UHGV virus genome: UHGV-0083175
DNA length: 52,653 nt
Direction: 5' to 3' (one strand)
Origin: a virus
This document shows, in pieces, positions 26,433 to 35,545 of this stretch. The notes below the pieces were generated by a model, which saw nothing but the letters and a program-made list of their open reading frames with translations, did no database searches and had not been told where the DNA came from. How positions within the stretch are numbered: the stretch's first letter is position 1; each line of letters begins with the position of its first letter. The translations under genes were made by a program, and so were the position numbers.

Positions 26433-26732
26433 ATGAAACTTAAATATTCTGGCTTAACTGCCAGTGGCAACACTCACCCTAAATTTACGCGCGGTGATAT
26501 TTACCGCGACCAGTACGGCGGCACGGTAATGATTAAGGGCGTGGCGGGACGGTGCGTAACTTACCGCCGTGAAGGTTACGAATATGATTGCGTGATGCCT
26601 GTTTATCAGTTCCGGCGTGATTTTTCTCTGGTACAGACCGCGCCGCATAACGTGCCCACCAGCAACGCCAGGGCACGGGCAAACATCCAGAAGCTGAAAA
26701 CCATGATTAACGGATTCAGGGGTAAAAAATGA
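26433..26732 (+). CDS. hypothetical protein
   Basis: 99-aa ORF immediately upstream of the primase-helicase gene. Confidence 0.4.
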   Translation: MKLKYSGLTASGNTHPKFTRGDIYRDQYGGTVMIKGVAGRCVTYRREGYEYDCVMPVYQFRRDFSLVQTAPHNVPTSNARARANIQKLKTMINGFRGKK

Positions 26733-28126
26733 AACTGGCACCGAATGTAAAACTGTTACCGAAAGATAAACACACCGAAGCGGTTATTTTTGCGGGTGAT
26801 AATGCTCACTCATTTGCAGAGCACTACATCATTGCACAGGCCAAAAAAGCAGGCGATCCAGTCCCTCCCGTTTACCTGGGGCGTTATCAGTTAAGCGAAC
26901 TGGATAACTTGCAGATTGTTGATAAAGGTCGGTTCAGGGCGAAAGTGATACGTGCCGGAAATATTGACGAAGTGCAGTTGTTAACCATCGCCACGAAACT
27001 GGCAATCGCAGGAGTCCAGGAAGCGCGCCTGTTTTCTGAAAATTTCGAATTGCTGGAGGAATGGAGCGACCAGCTTACACGGCTTAGGGAGACATGGGAA
27101 CGCGGGGAAAGCCTGAGCCACCAGCGAAAAACAAAGCTACCGATGAGCGTTGGATCTGCCGGATACGACACGCAATTAGATTACGTGGTAAAGGGGATTA
27201 TTCCGGCATCGTCGCTATGCAGCATATACGGGGCGAGCGGTTCATATAAATCGTTCCTTGCGGGTTCGTGGGCGTGTCACGTTTCCACGGGCCGCCAGTG
27301 GGGAGGCCGCAGGGTTGCACATGGTGCAGTTCTCTATGTGGTTGGTGAAGGCGGTATTGGTGTTCCGCGTCGTGTAAAAGCCTGGGAGGTTGTGCACGGT
27401 GAGCAGGTGAAAAATCTGTATCTGGTAAACCGTCCCATCTTTCCGGCTGTCCCGCTTGATGTTGATGAAATGGTTATCGCTGCCCGCCAGGTGGAACGGG
27501 AAACCGGTAAACCTGTACGCATGATTATTCTGGATACGCTGGCGCGTTGCTTTGGCGGCAATGATGAAAATGACTCCCGCGACATGGGGGCATTTATCCG
27601 TGGTTGTGACGAGCTTAAACGGCGCACAGGGGCCACTGTGCTGGTGGTTCACCATTCCGGCAAGGATGAAACAAAGGGGGCGCGTGGTTCCAGTGCATTT
27701 CGTGCTTCGCTGGATGCTGAATACCGGATACGCAGGGAGGACGCAGGAAGCGAAGCGCTGGTTATCTCATGCACCAAAATGAAGGACGCGGAGGAACTCA
27801 AAGAGGCTGCCTATGATTTGCGGGTGGTGGAGCTTTTTACCGACGCTGACGGGGAGTTAATCACGTCGCTGGTGGTGGTGGATAAGTCGCGCCCTCCCGT
27901 TGAACTGGAGCGCATCGAAGAGGCAGGCAACAAGACGGAAAACCATACCGCGCTATGGGGGTGTATCCGTTCACGCACACAGAACGGCGACAAGTGCACG
28001 ATCCCGCTGTTACGTGATGACATGAAAAAACTGGGGTACGAAATAAAGCACTTCCGGCGCTGGCTGGGCAAGCTGGAAAAAGACGGCGTTATCTATGTTG
28101 ACGGCGATGATGTAGGGCCACTGTAA
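26729..28126 (+). CDS. satellite replication protein (RecA-fold primase/helicase-type ATPase)
   Basis: 465 aa; Walker A-like GASGSYKSFLAG, Walker B region MIILDTLARCFGGNDEND and VLVVHHSGKD. Confidence 0.75.
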   Translation: MKLAPNVKLLPKDKHTEAVIFAGDNAHSFAEHYIIAQAKKAGDPVPPVYLGRYQLSELDNLQIVDKGRFRAKVIRAGNIDEVQLLTIATKLAIAGVQEARLFSENFELLEEWSDQLTRLRETWERGESLSHQRKTKLPMSVGSAGYDTQLDYVVKGIIPASSLCSIYGASGSYKSFLAGSWACHVSTGRQWGGRRVAHGAVLYVVGEGGIGVPRRVKAWEVVHGEQVKNLYLVNRPIFPAVPLDVDEMVIAARQVERETGKPVRMIILDTLARCFGGNDENDSRDMGAFIRGCDELKRRTGATVLVVHHSGKDETKGARGSSAFRASLDAEYRIRREDAGSEALVISCTKMKDAEELKEAAYDLRVVELFTDADGELITSLVVVDKSRPPVELERIEEAGNKTENHTALWGCIRSRTQNGDKCTIPLLRDDMKKLGYEIKHFRRWLGKLEKDGVIYVDGDDVGPL

Positions 28127-28328
28127 AAAGTGGGGGGCAAAAGTGGTGGGCATGGGGAATTTAACAAAATTTAAACACGACCCCCCACTTTTTGACCTGT
28201 ATACATCCCAAAAAGTGGGGAGCAAAAAAATACTTATGAAACAGCATGATAAAAATTACAAATCCCACGCCTTTAACGAGATGGGGAATTGTGAAAAGTG
28301 GGGAGTAAAAGTGGGTATAGGTGGGGAG
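28127..28328. repeat. iteron cluster (candidate satellite replication origin)
   Basis: Repeated AAAGTGGGG(A/G) motifs at 28127, 28140, 28210, 28294, 28307, 28320 plus inverted copy CCCCCCACTTTTTG at 28181, directly after the replication gene. Confidence 0.5.
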
Positions 28329-28580
28329 ATGACACAAAAACGCAGAGACAGAACACAGCCAAAATATAAAGCGTTAGACATGACAGAGCACGCTTTAAAG
28401 GTGGCAATCAGAACGATAGACCGCCACGCGGGGGAAGGATACGCGAAGGAACATCCCGACCTGATAAGCGCATTCATGACCACAGCGGCGGCAAACTTTG
28501 CCACGCTGACAGAACGGGAGATTGCCGAAGCGGAACAGGTAACAACCATCAACGTTAAAACCGGAGAGTTGGAATCATGA
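28329..28580 (+). CDS. hypothetical protein
   Basis: Internal start MTQKRRD... chosen because upstream codons lie in the iteron region. Confidence 0.35.
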   Translation: MTQKRRDRTQPKYKALDMTEHALKVAIRTIDRHAGEGYAKEHPDLISAFMTTAAANFATLTEREIAEAEQVTTINVKTGELES

Positions 28581-28882
28581 GCGAACCAAAATTTGGTGAA
28601 AAACTTTACAAGCACAACGGACGGATCACGATTCTGCAAATAAGCGCAGCTACACCAGGCTGGTGGGTTGAAACAGACGAAGGATCCTCACCCGTGGCAT
28701 CATGGGCGCTTTGTGCGCTTAGTTACCCTGACCGCGATGTGTATCAGGATATTCTGCCTGTGATATCCACTGACAAAGGCATGAAACCCGTAGACATCAA
28801 AAACATGGGTTTTCAGTGCGTAATGCTCACTGAAAAAATGATGGAAGAGATGAAAAAGAACAACGCCGGATCGCTTCACTGA
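28577..28882 (+). CDS. hypothetical protein
   Basis: 101-aa ORF overlapping the upstream stop. Confidence 0.4.
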   Translation: MSEPKFGEKLYKHNGRITILQISAATPGWWVETDEGSSPVASWALCALSYPDRDVYQDILPVISTDKGMKPVDIKNMGFQCVMLTEKMMEEMKKNNAGSLH

Positions 28883-28891
28883 GGTGGCAAT

Positions 28892-29290
28892 ATGACAGCA
28901 CAAATTGCAGCTTACGGGCGGCTGGTGGACGACCCGCAGGTAAAACAGACCAGCAAGGGCACACCGATGACGCTGGCGCGTATGGCGGTATCTTTGCCAT
29001 GCAGCCAGGCACAGGACGGACAGGCGACGTTATGGTTATCGGTCATCGCATTTGGCAAACAGGCCGACTTCCTGGCTAAACATCAAAAAGGAGATGTTGC
29101 CAGCGTATCCGGCACGATGCAGGTAAGCCAGTGGACAGGCCAGAACGGCGAAACGCGGCAGGGCTGGCAGGTTATCGCAGACAGCGTAATCAGTGCCCGA
29201 GGCGGGAACAGACGCAAAACCACAGGCACACAGGGTAATCAGCCACCAGCGGGAGGCGATGACCCTTACGGTGATGGTATTCCGTTCTGA
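28892..29290 (+). CDS. ssb: single-stranded DNA-binding protein
   Basis: OB-fold-like core (LARMAVS...LWLSVIAFGKQAD...) and acidic C-terminal tail ending DDPYGDGIPF. Confidence 0.7.
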   Translation: MTAQIAAYGRLVDDPQVKQTSKGTPMTLARMAVSLPCSQAQDGQATLWLSVIAFGKQADFLAKHQKGDVASVSGTMQVSQWTGQNGETRQGWQVIADSVISARGGNRRKTTGTQGNQPPAGGDDPYGDGIPF

Positions 29291-29300
29291 GGGGGTGAGG

Positions 29301-29573
29301 ATGGTACATGACCGCATAGCGGAGGAACTCGAGGCGAAAGGATTTTACCGGAGGGCGGCGGCGCGATGGGGTGAAGTCATGCAGCTGGTGGAGACAGACA
29401 AGGAACGGTATCAGGTTACGATGCGACGGCTGGAATGTTCCAGGAAGGCACAGAAGCCACCGGAGCCGCCGGATAACTTCGGAGACCTGAGAAAGGCAGT
29501 CGATCGCACTTATGCTGAAATGGGTATAGATGGTGCAGGCGATGAAGTATGGCGTAATTACCCAGACAGCTAA
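29301..29573 (+). CDS. PerC-family transcriptional regulator-like protein
   Basis: Internal ATG 29301; AEELEAKGFYRRAAARWGEVM resembles the PerC/Pch N-terminal motif. Confidence 0.45.
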   Translation: MVHDRIAEELEAKGFYRRAAARWGEVMQLVETDKERYQVTMRRLECSRKAQKPPEPPDNFGDLRKAVDRTYAEMGIDGAGDEVWRNYPDS

Positions 29574-29579
29574 GCACAT

Positions 29580-29603
29580 AGCCGGAGCAATCCGGCTTTT
29601 TTT
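29580..29603 (+). terminator. rho-independent terminator
   Basis: AGCCGGA-gcaa-TCCGGCT stem followed by TTTTTTT. Confidence 0.6.
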
Positions 29604-29691
29604 CGATCTCACATATCTTTAAAAATGGTTGATTGATTATAATCTATCGAAAATAATGATTATGAGATGATAAGCATCAGGAGGAAACAAA

Positions 29692-29886
29692 GTGGAACAG
29701 ATAAAGCAAAGCGCTACCGTGATGATTGATCACGAGATCCTAAACGAGCTTAAAAAACTTCAATTCGATGTTATTCGCCGGATGAATGAAGCTGGTATAT
29801 ACGGCAGAGCCGCCACGCCAACAGTAGGCCATCTTGCTCGCGTGCTGTTACGCGAACGCCTGGGCATTGCAACAGGTGAGGAATAA
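29692..29886 (+). CDS. hypothetical protein
   Basis: GTG start after AGGAGGA RBS; 64 aa. Confidence 0.35.
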   Translation: MEQIKQSATVMIDHEILNELKKLQFDVIRRMNEAGIYGRAATPTVGHLARVLLRERLGIATGEE

Positions 29887-29888
29887 CA

Positions 29889-30050
29889 ATGGTTATCACA
29901 GAACGCGAGGCAAGCATCATTAAAGCCATTGGCGAGGAAACAAGAGACACGATAGCGCCATTAATGGAAAAGATCGCAGAGCTTGAGACACGAATAAACA
30001 AGCTGAGTGATGAAGTTGAAGGCCTGATCTCGTTACTCGGTGAGCAATGA
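29889..30050 (+). CDS. small protein resembling the N-terminus of the helper head-associated repeat protein
   Basis: 53 aa, MVITEREASIIKAIGEE... versus MNERELSIIRALGEEF... at 36907; ends at the satellite cos-like site. Confidence 0.35.
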   Translation: MVITEREASIIKAIGEETRDTIAPLMEKIAELETRINKLSDEVEGLISLLGEQ

Positions 30051-30112
30051 CAGGGGGGGGGGAGTGTTCCGGCCGGAAAGTCGATCGCCCTGGACACCGC
30101 CCCCCGTCTCAT
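30051..30112. other. candidate cos site of the satellite
   Basis: G-run, GTCGATCGCCCTGGACACC core and C-run, paralogous to 21250..21312. Confidence 0.45.
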
Positions 30113-30180
30113 TCGTAGAAAATTTTGCTTTTCAAAAAAGTTACACGAAAAGTTACACCCCCTCAAAACGAGGTTTTTGC

Positions 30181-30669
30181 ATGGCATTAACGACCAAAAA
30201 AAAGCGGTTTGCTGATGCGTTATCAAGGGGCGCAAATCCCACGGAAGCCGCTATACATGCGGGATACAGCGAAAAGACCGCAAGGGTTAAAGGCTGGCAG
30301 CTATCCAACGATCCTGAGGTGAAAAAGTATCTTAAGGTTGTCACTCCTGATGTAACTTTTCAGGTTACAAAACCGAAAAAAGTTACAAAGAAAGTTACCG
30401 AAAAAGTTACACCGGAACGGGCATCAATCAGCACCATAGAACGGATGGACAACGGCTTGCCCGACCCTATCAAAGCTATGGGCAGGATACTGGCTGACAA
30501 CATAGACACAGATCCAAAACTGGCTTTAGATGCCGCGTTTAAGCTGGCCCAGTTCACCCACCGCAAGATCGGCAGCATTGGGAAAAAAGAGGTTAAAAAA
30601 CTCAATGCCGCGAATGTCTCCTCAAATCGGTTCCCCATCCCTAAGCCACCAACAGGCTTAAAACACTGA
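30181..30669 (+). CDS. terminase small subunit (satellite copy)
   Basis: Internal ATG 30181; N-terminal HTH KKRFADALSRGANPTEAAIHAGYSEKTARVKGWQLSNDPEV and C-terminal LALDAAFKLAQFTH homologous to the helper TerS. Confidence 0.75.
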   Translation: MALTTKKKRFADALSRGANPTEAAIHAGYSEKTARVKGWQLSNDPEVKKYLKVVTPDVTFQVTKPKKVTKKVTEKVTPERASISTIERMDNGLPDPIKAMGRILADNIDTDPKLALDAAFKLAQFTHRKIGSIGKKEVKKLNAANVSSNRFPIPKPPTGLKH

Positions 30670-30680
30670 GGTAGCGAACT

Positions 30681-30842
30681 ATGAACGAATACATCACAGA
30701 CCCTATTGATGTACTCACGGAAATCATGAACGACAAGCAGCAGCCAACCGAAATACGGTTACAGGCTGCCGCTGTTCTGATGCCATATTTTCACGAAACT
30801 CTAACCCCATGTTACCAGGAGGAAGAAGATGATGATTTCTAA
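30681..30842 (+). CDS. hypothetical small acidic protein
   Basis: 53-codon ORF between satellite terS and the MCP-like gene; not in the supplied track. Confidence 0.3.
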   Translation: MNEYITDPIDVLTEIMNDKQQPTEIRLQAAAVLMPYFHETLTPCYQEEEDDDF

Positions 30843-31755
30843 AAACATGAAAGGCGTGTCGGCAGTTCGCGCCGCCAGCGTGCTTACATCGTGTAAATTC
30901 AGCCATGCAGACGCAATTGAAATGACGAAAAAAAATGATCCGGCAGTATCGAAATTTCTTGAAAAATCCATTGTTGCCGGAATGACTACGGATAATATGC
31001 CGTCGCTGGTGGCAGAGCCGATAGTAAGAGAGCTTGGCGAGTATATTTTTTCGCAGTCTGTACCAGGCAAGCTAATCAGCAGCGCGCTGAATCTTCCGTT
31101 TGGCGCAAAATTGCAGTCAATATCAGGCAAGGGTAGTAAATGGCTTAAAGAAGCCGAAGAAATCCCTGTCAAAGAGGGAGAAGTAAACGAAAGTGCGCTA
31201 AAACTGTGCAAACTTGGCGCTATTGTGATGCTGAATAACGAGCTAATCAAATTTAGCACCCCTGGTACCAATTCAGCGATCAGAGACTTGATCACATCGG
31301 AATCGGTGAAAGAAATAGATAAAAAATTTCTTTCCAGTGACCAGGAGTTGGCGGGCGTATCCCCTGAGGGCGTGCTTAATGGTGCTGATGAGGCCGAAAA
31401 CTTCATAGAGCTTTTCAAAAAGCACATAGCGAACGGTAACACGCTTGCCACGTCGTCGCTAATCTTGCCCGTAGAAAACGCCTTACAGCTTACTGATGCT
31501 GAGTTCTGGCAGATAGAGCTTTTGAGAATACCGGTAATTGTGAGCGAACAGGCGGATCGCATGATGCTGATAGACGCTCAAAAGCTGATTATTAACGTTG
31601 AAGCCACGGTTATAACCCCAACTGATGAGGCGGTAATAAAAACCGAATCAGGGACGGTTAGCCTTTTCCAGAATGACGCTACAGCGTTCAGGGCAATCAC
31701 CTATTGCGGATGGCAAAAACTCGATAAGGCCGTCACCGTTCTGGCGCAATCTTGA
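30829..31755 (+). CDS. major capsid protein homolog (HK97-fold MCP domain only)
   Basis: 308 aa with AGGAGGA RBS; aligns along its length with the MCP portion of the helper protease-MCP fusion (AGMTTD/AGTTTD, LGAIVMLNNELIKFSTPG / VSAIAVLTEELIRFSSPA, IPVIVSEQ / LPVIVSQY). Confidence 0.65.
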   Translation: MMISKNMKGVSAVRAASVLTSCKFSHADAIEMTKKNDPAVSKFLEKSIVAGMTTDNMPSLVAEPIVRELGEYIFSQSVPGKLISSALNLPFGAKLQSISGKGSKWLKEAEEIPVKEGEVNESALKLCKLGAIVMLNNELIKFSTPGTNSAIRDLITSESVKEIDKKFLSSDQELAGVSPEGVLNGADEAENFIELFKKHIANGNTLATSSLILPVENALQLTDAEFWQIELLRIPVIVSEQADRMMLIDAQKLIINVEATVITPTDEAVIKTESGTVSLFQNDATAFRAITYCGWQKLDKAVTVLAQS

Positions 31756-31974
31756 TGTAGTGCGCCGCATTACTGGTTATGTGAATGCGGCGCATAGGGC
31801 CTACGAAAAACAAAATTAGTTTACGTTATCTTATGTAACCATATTTAACGGAGAAGACTAAAACGCGGACTATTTAGTGTCAGTGCGTGAGCCTAACAGC
31901 ATAATAAACAAGATATTAAGATAGCTTTACGCATACCCAAAAAAAACAGCAAGTCCACGCTGGCTGCCGGGATC

Positions 31975-33333
31975 ATGATGACGGCGCTGTTACTGAACTG
32001 GCGGCAGGCGGCGGGCTACACCATTCTGGCCCCGACCGTGGAGGTGGCGGCTAATGCCTTCAATCCTGCCAGGGATATGGTACGACGGGACGATGATCTG
32101 GATGACCTCTGTCAGGTGCAGACACATATCCGGACCATCACCCATCGGGTGACGGACACCACCCTGAAGGTGGTGGCAGCCGATCCGAATACGGTGTCCG
32201 GTATCAAGTCCGTGGGGACACTGATTGATGAACTGTGGCTGTTTGGCAAGCAGTACAAAGCGGAGGACATGTTACGTGAAGCCATAGGTGGCCTTGCCTC
32301 CCGCCCGGAAGGGTTTGTGGTGTATACGACCACCCAGTCGAATGAACCGCCCGCCGGGGTGTTCAGACAGAAACTGCAGTACGCCCGGGATGTGCGCGAC
32401 GGCAAAATTCATGATCCGCACTTTCTGCCGGTGATATTTGAGCATCCGCCGGAGATGGTGGAGCGCGGTGAGCACCTGCTGATGGAAAACCTCGCCATGG
32501 TCAATCCGAATCTCGGTTATTCGGTGGATGAGGCCTTTCTGTACCGGGAGTATCGTAAAGCCCGGGAAGCCGGTGAAGATACATTCCGGGGGTTCATGTC
32601 AAAACACGCCAATGTGGAAATTGGTCTTGCCCTGCGTTCTGACCGCTGGGCGGGTGCGGATTTCTGGGAGCAGCAGGGCAGGCGCGTCAGCCTGGACGAT
32701 ATTCTGCAGCGCGCTGATGTGGTGACGGTGGGGATTGACGGCGGGGGCCTGGATGATCTGCTGGGAATGTACGTGATTGGCCGTGACAGGGAAACCCGCG
32801 AATGGCTGGGCTGGGGCCATGCCTGGGCGCATGAAACCGCGGTGGTCAGACGGAAGAGTGAGGCATCCCGTTTTCAGGATTTTGTGGCCTGTGGAGACAT
32901 GACGATTGTCCGTCGGGTCGGGGATGACACGGCGGAAGTGGCGGAGTATGTGCGTCGTATTCATGAGGCTGAGTTACTGGATCATATCGGTATTGACCCG
33001 TCAGGTGTGGGGCAGATTCTGGATTCACTGGCGGAAGCCGGGATCCCCGACGGAATTGTTGTGGGGATAAGCCAGGGCTGGAAGCTGGGCGGGGCCATCA
33101 AAACCACCGAGCGCAAACTGGCTGAGGGAGTGCTGGTGCATGGTGGTCAGCCACTGATGGCCTGGTGCGTTGGCAATGCCCGGGTGGAGCCTAAAGGTAA
33201 CGCCATCCTTATTACCAAACAGGCCAGCGGACGGGGGAAAATTGACCCGCTGATGGCGCTGTTCAATGCGGTATCCCTGATATCCCTGAATCCGGAGCCC
33301 AAAAAGAAAGAATATGCGGTTTTTTTCATATAA
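31975..33333 (+). CDS. terminase large subunit, C-terminal portion (split gene)
   Basis: Frame open upstream to 31897 with no start codon, encoding ...IPKKNSKSTLAAGIMM (Walker A-like); LIDELW Walker B, nuclease motifs VTVGIDGGG and IGIDPSG. Confidence 0.7.
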   Translation: MMTALLLNWRQAAGYTILAPTVEVAANAFNPARDMVRRDDDLDDLCQVQTHIRTITHRVTDTTLKVVAADPNTVSGIKSVGTLIDELWLFGKQYKAEDMLREAIGGLASRPEGFVVYTTTQSNEPPAGVFRQKLQYARDVRDGKIHDPHFLPVIFEHPPEMVERGEHLLMENLAMVNPNLGYSVDEAFLYREYRKAREAGEDTFRGFMSKHANVEIGLALRSDRWAGADFWEQQGRRVSLDDILQRADVVTVGIDGGGLDDLLGMYVIGRDRETREWLGWGHAWAHETAVVRRKSEASRFQDFVACGDMTIVRRVGDDTAEVAEYVRRIHEAELLDHIGIDPSGVGQILDSLAEAGIPDGIVVGISQGWKLGGAIKTTERKLAEGVLVHGGQPLMAWCVGNARVEPKGNAILITKQASGRGKIDPLMALFNAVSLISLNPEPKKKEYAVFFI

Positions 33334-33396
33334 CCCTGTTCACCCTGTAACCATCATGGACCGCTGCGGCGGTTTTTTTATTTTCAGGAGGCTGAT

Positions 33397-35334
33397 GTGA
33401 CTCTTAAACGGGCCTGCTCCCTGCTGACGGTGAAATCCTTCAGTGAGGATGAGCGGGTGATCACCGGGATTGCGTCAACGCCTTCTCCGGATCGGGATGG
33501 TGACATCCTGGAGCCGGAGGGCGCGGAGTTTGGCAGTGCGATCCCGTTTCTCTGGCAGCATGACCATTCCCGCCCGGTGGGGCAGTGTACGGTGCGCCGG
33601 GTCAGCGAAGGGCTGGAAATCACGGCAACACTGGTGAAGCCCGTGCCGGATATGCCGTCGCAACTGGCTGCCCGGCTGGATGAGGTCTGGGCGGCCATTA
33701 AGACCGGGCTGGTCAGGGGGCTGTCCGTGGGCTTCCGTCCCCATGAATACACCTTTCTGGACGGAGGTGGACTGCATTTTCTGCGCTGGGAGCTGATGGA
33801 GGTGTCTGCCGTTACCGTGCCCGCGAATGCGGAATGCACCATCCGGACCATTAAATCTTACGACCGCCCGTTTTCTGCCGCGTCCGGCAACCGGAAACCG
33901 GTGGTGAAAATCGCATCTTCTGCCGGCGCTGCGGCACAGTCAACAACCGTTTTTCATAAGGAAAAGACCATAATGAATATTGGCGAACAGATTAAAAGTT
34001 TTGAAAACAAGCGTGCAGCGCTGGCAGCCTCCCTTGAGGAGGTCATGACCAAAGCCGCAGAGGAAGGGCGCACGCTGGATGTGGAGGAGGAGGAGCATTA
34101 CGACAACACCGCAGCGGAAATCCGTCAGGTGGATGCGCACCTGAAGCGCCTGCGTGAACTGGAAGCCGGTAAGGCCGCCACGGCGCAGCCAGTGAAACAG
34201 GCCGGTAACGGGAATGTGGCCGCGGTGGCTTCTGCGCCGGTGATCCGTGTGGAGCAGAAACTGGATAAGGGGATTGGTTTCGCACGTTTTGCCAAATCGC
34301 TGGCTGCGGCTAAAGGTGTCCGCTCTGAAGCCCTGGAAGTGGCCCGTCGTCAGTATCCGGATGACAGTCGTCTGCATCATGTCCTGAAATCGGCAGTGGG
34401 CGCGGGGACCACCACGGATCCGCAGTGGGCAGGCAGCCTGTCTGAATATCAGGAATACGCACAGGACTTTATTGATTACCTGCGTCCTCAGACCATTATC
34501 GGGCGATTTGGTCAGGGCGGGATCCCTGCACTTCGTCAGGTGCCGTTCAATATCCGTGTGCACGCCCAGGTGTCCGGCGGTGCTGCCGGCTGGGTGGGTG
34601 AGGGTAAGGCAAAACCCCTGACGAAGTTTGATTTTGAATCCATCACCTTCAGTCATGCGAAGGTGTCGGCCATTGCGGTACTGACGGAAGAATTGATCCG
34701 TTTTTCCAGTCCGGCTGCTGATGCACTGGTCCGTAATGCGCTGGCGGAAGCGGTGGTGGCGCGTCTGGATACAGACTTTGTGGACCCGAAAAAAGCGGCG
34801 GTGGCAGATGTCTCCCCGGCGTCCATCACCCATGATGTGAAGGGCACGGCATCAAGCGGTAACCCGGATGCGGATGCAGAGGCTGCGTTTGGACAGTTTG
34901 TGGCAGCAAACCTGCAGCCCACCGGTGCGGTCTGGCTGATGTCCAGCACAAATGCCCTGGCACTGTCCATGCGTAAAAATGCGCTGGGTCAGAAAGAATA
35001 CCCGGACATGACCCTGCTGGGTGGCTCCTTCCAGGGGCTGCCGGTGATTGTCTCTCAGTACGTGGGTGACCAGCTGGTGCTGGTGAATGCCCCGGATATT
35101 TATCTGGCGGATGACGGCGGCGTGGCAGTGGATATGTCCCGCGAGGCATCACTGGAAATGCAGTCTGAGCCGACCGGCGACAGTACCACGCCGTCGCCGG
35201 TGGAGCTGGTTTCCATGTTCCAGACAGGCAGCGTGGCCATCCGTGCGGAGCGCTGGATCAACTGGCGTCGTCGCCGTACCGCGGCGGTGGCGGTGATCAC
35301 CGGAGTGAACTATGGCAGTGCGTCCGGCGGCTGA
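33397..35334 (+). CDS. prohead protease fused to major capsid protein (HK97 type)
   Basis: N-terminal S78-protease-like region (GIASTPSPDRDGDILEP...LWQHD...SAVTVPAN), then scaffold-like coiled coil and HK97-fold MCP domain. Confidence 0.8.
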   Translation: MTLKRACSLLTVKSFSEDERVITGIASTPSPDRDGDILEPEGAEFGSAIPFLWQHDHSRPVGQCTVRRVSEGLEITATLVKPVPDMPSQLAARLDEVWAAIKTGLVRGLSVGFRPHEYTFLDGGGLHFLRWELMEVSAVTVPANAECTIRTIKSYDRPFSAASGNRKPVVKIASSAGAAAQSTTVFHKEKTIMNIGEQIKSFENKRAALAASLEEVMTKAAEEGRTLDVEEEEHYDNTAAEIRQVDAHLKRLRELEAGKAATAQPVKQAGNGNVAAVASAPVIRVEQKLDKGIGFARFAKSLAAAKGVRSEALEVARRQYPDDSRLHHVLKSAVGAGTTTDPQWAGSLSEYQEYAQDFIDYLRPQTIIGRFGQGGIPALRQVPFNIRVHAQVSGGAAGWVGEGKAKPLTKFDFESITFSHAKVSAIAVLTEELIRFSSPAADALVRNALAEAVVARLDTDFVDPKKAAVADVSPASITHDVKGTASSGNPDADAEAAFGQFVAANLQPTGAVWLMSSTNALALSMRKNALGQKEYPDMTLLGGSFQGLPVIVSQYVGDQLVLVNAPDIYLADDGGVAVDMSREASLEMQSEPTGDSTTPSPVELVSMFQTGSVAIRAERWINWRRRRTAAVAVITGVNYGSASGG

Positions 35335-35545
35335 GTCTGATAAGGAGGACGGGAGGCGTGTGCCTCCCGTAACAGGTTATGGCAAAGATCCGATATCTGC
35401 AGGGCACGCATGATGCCCGGGCCGGGGATATCCGTGATGTGGCACAGCCGTGTGCGGAGGTGCTGGTTCGCCTGGGAAAGGCGGAGTACATCACGGTGCG
35501 ACGTCCGGCAGGTCAGAAAAAGAAACGTGATGCGGAGCATGGCGA

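Larger units (their letters stand above)
22381..31935 (+). mobile_element. P4/PICI-like phage satellite integrated within terL
   Basis: Bounded by imperfect direct repeats ATACCGAAAAATAATAG / ATACCCAAAAAAAACAG; carries int, alpA, repressor-side RHH genes, primase-helicase, iterons, ssb, its own cos-like site, terS and an MCP homolog; lower GC than flanks. Confidence 0.7.
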
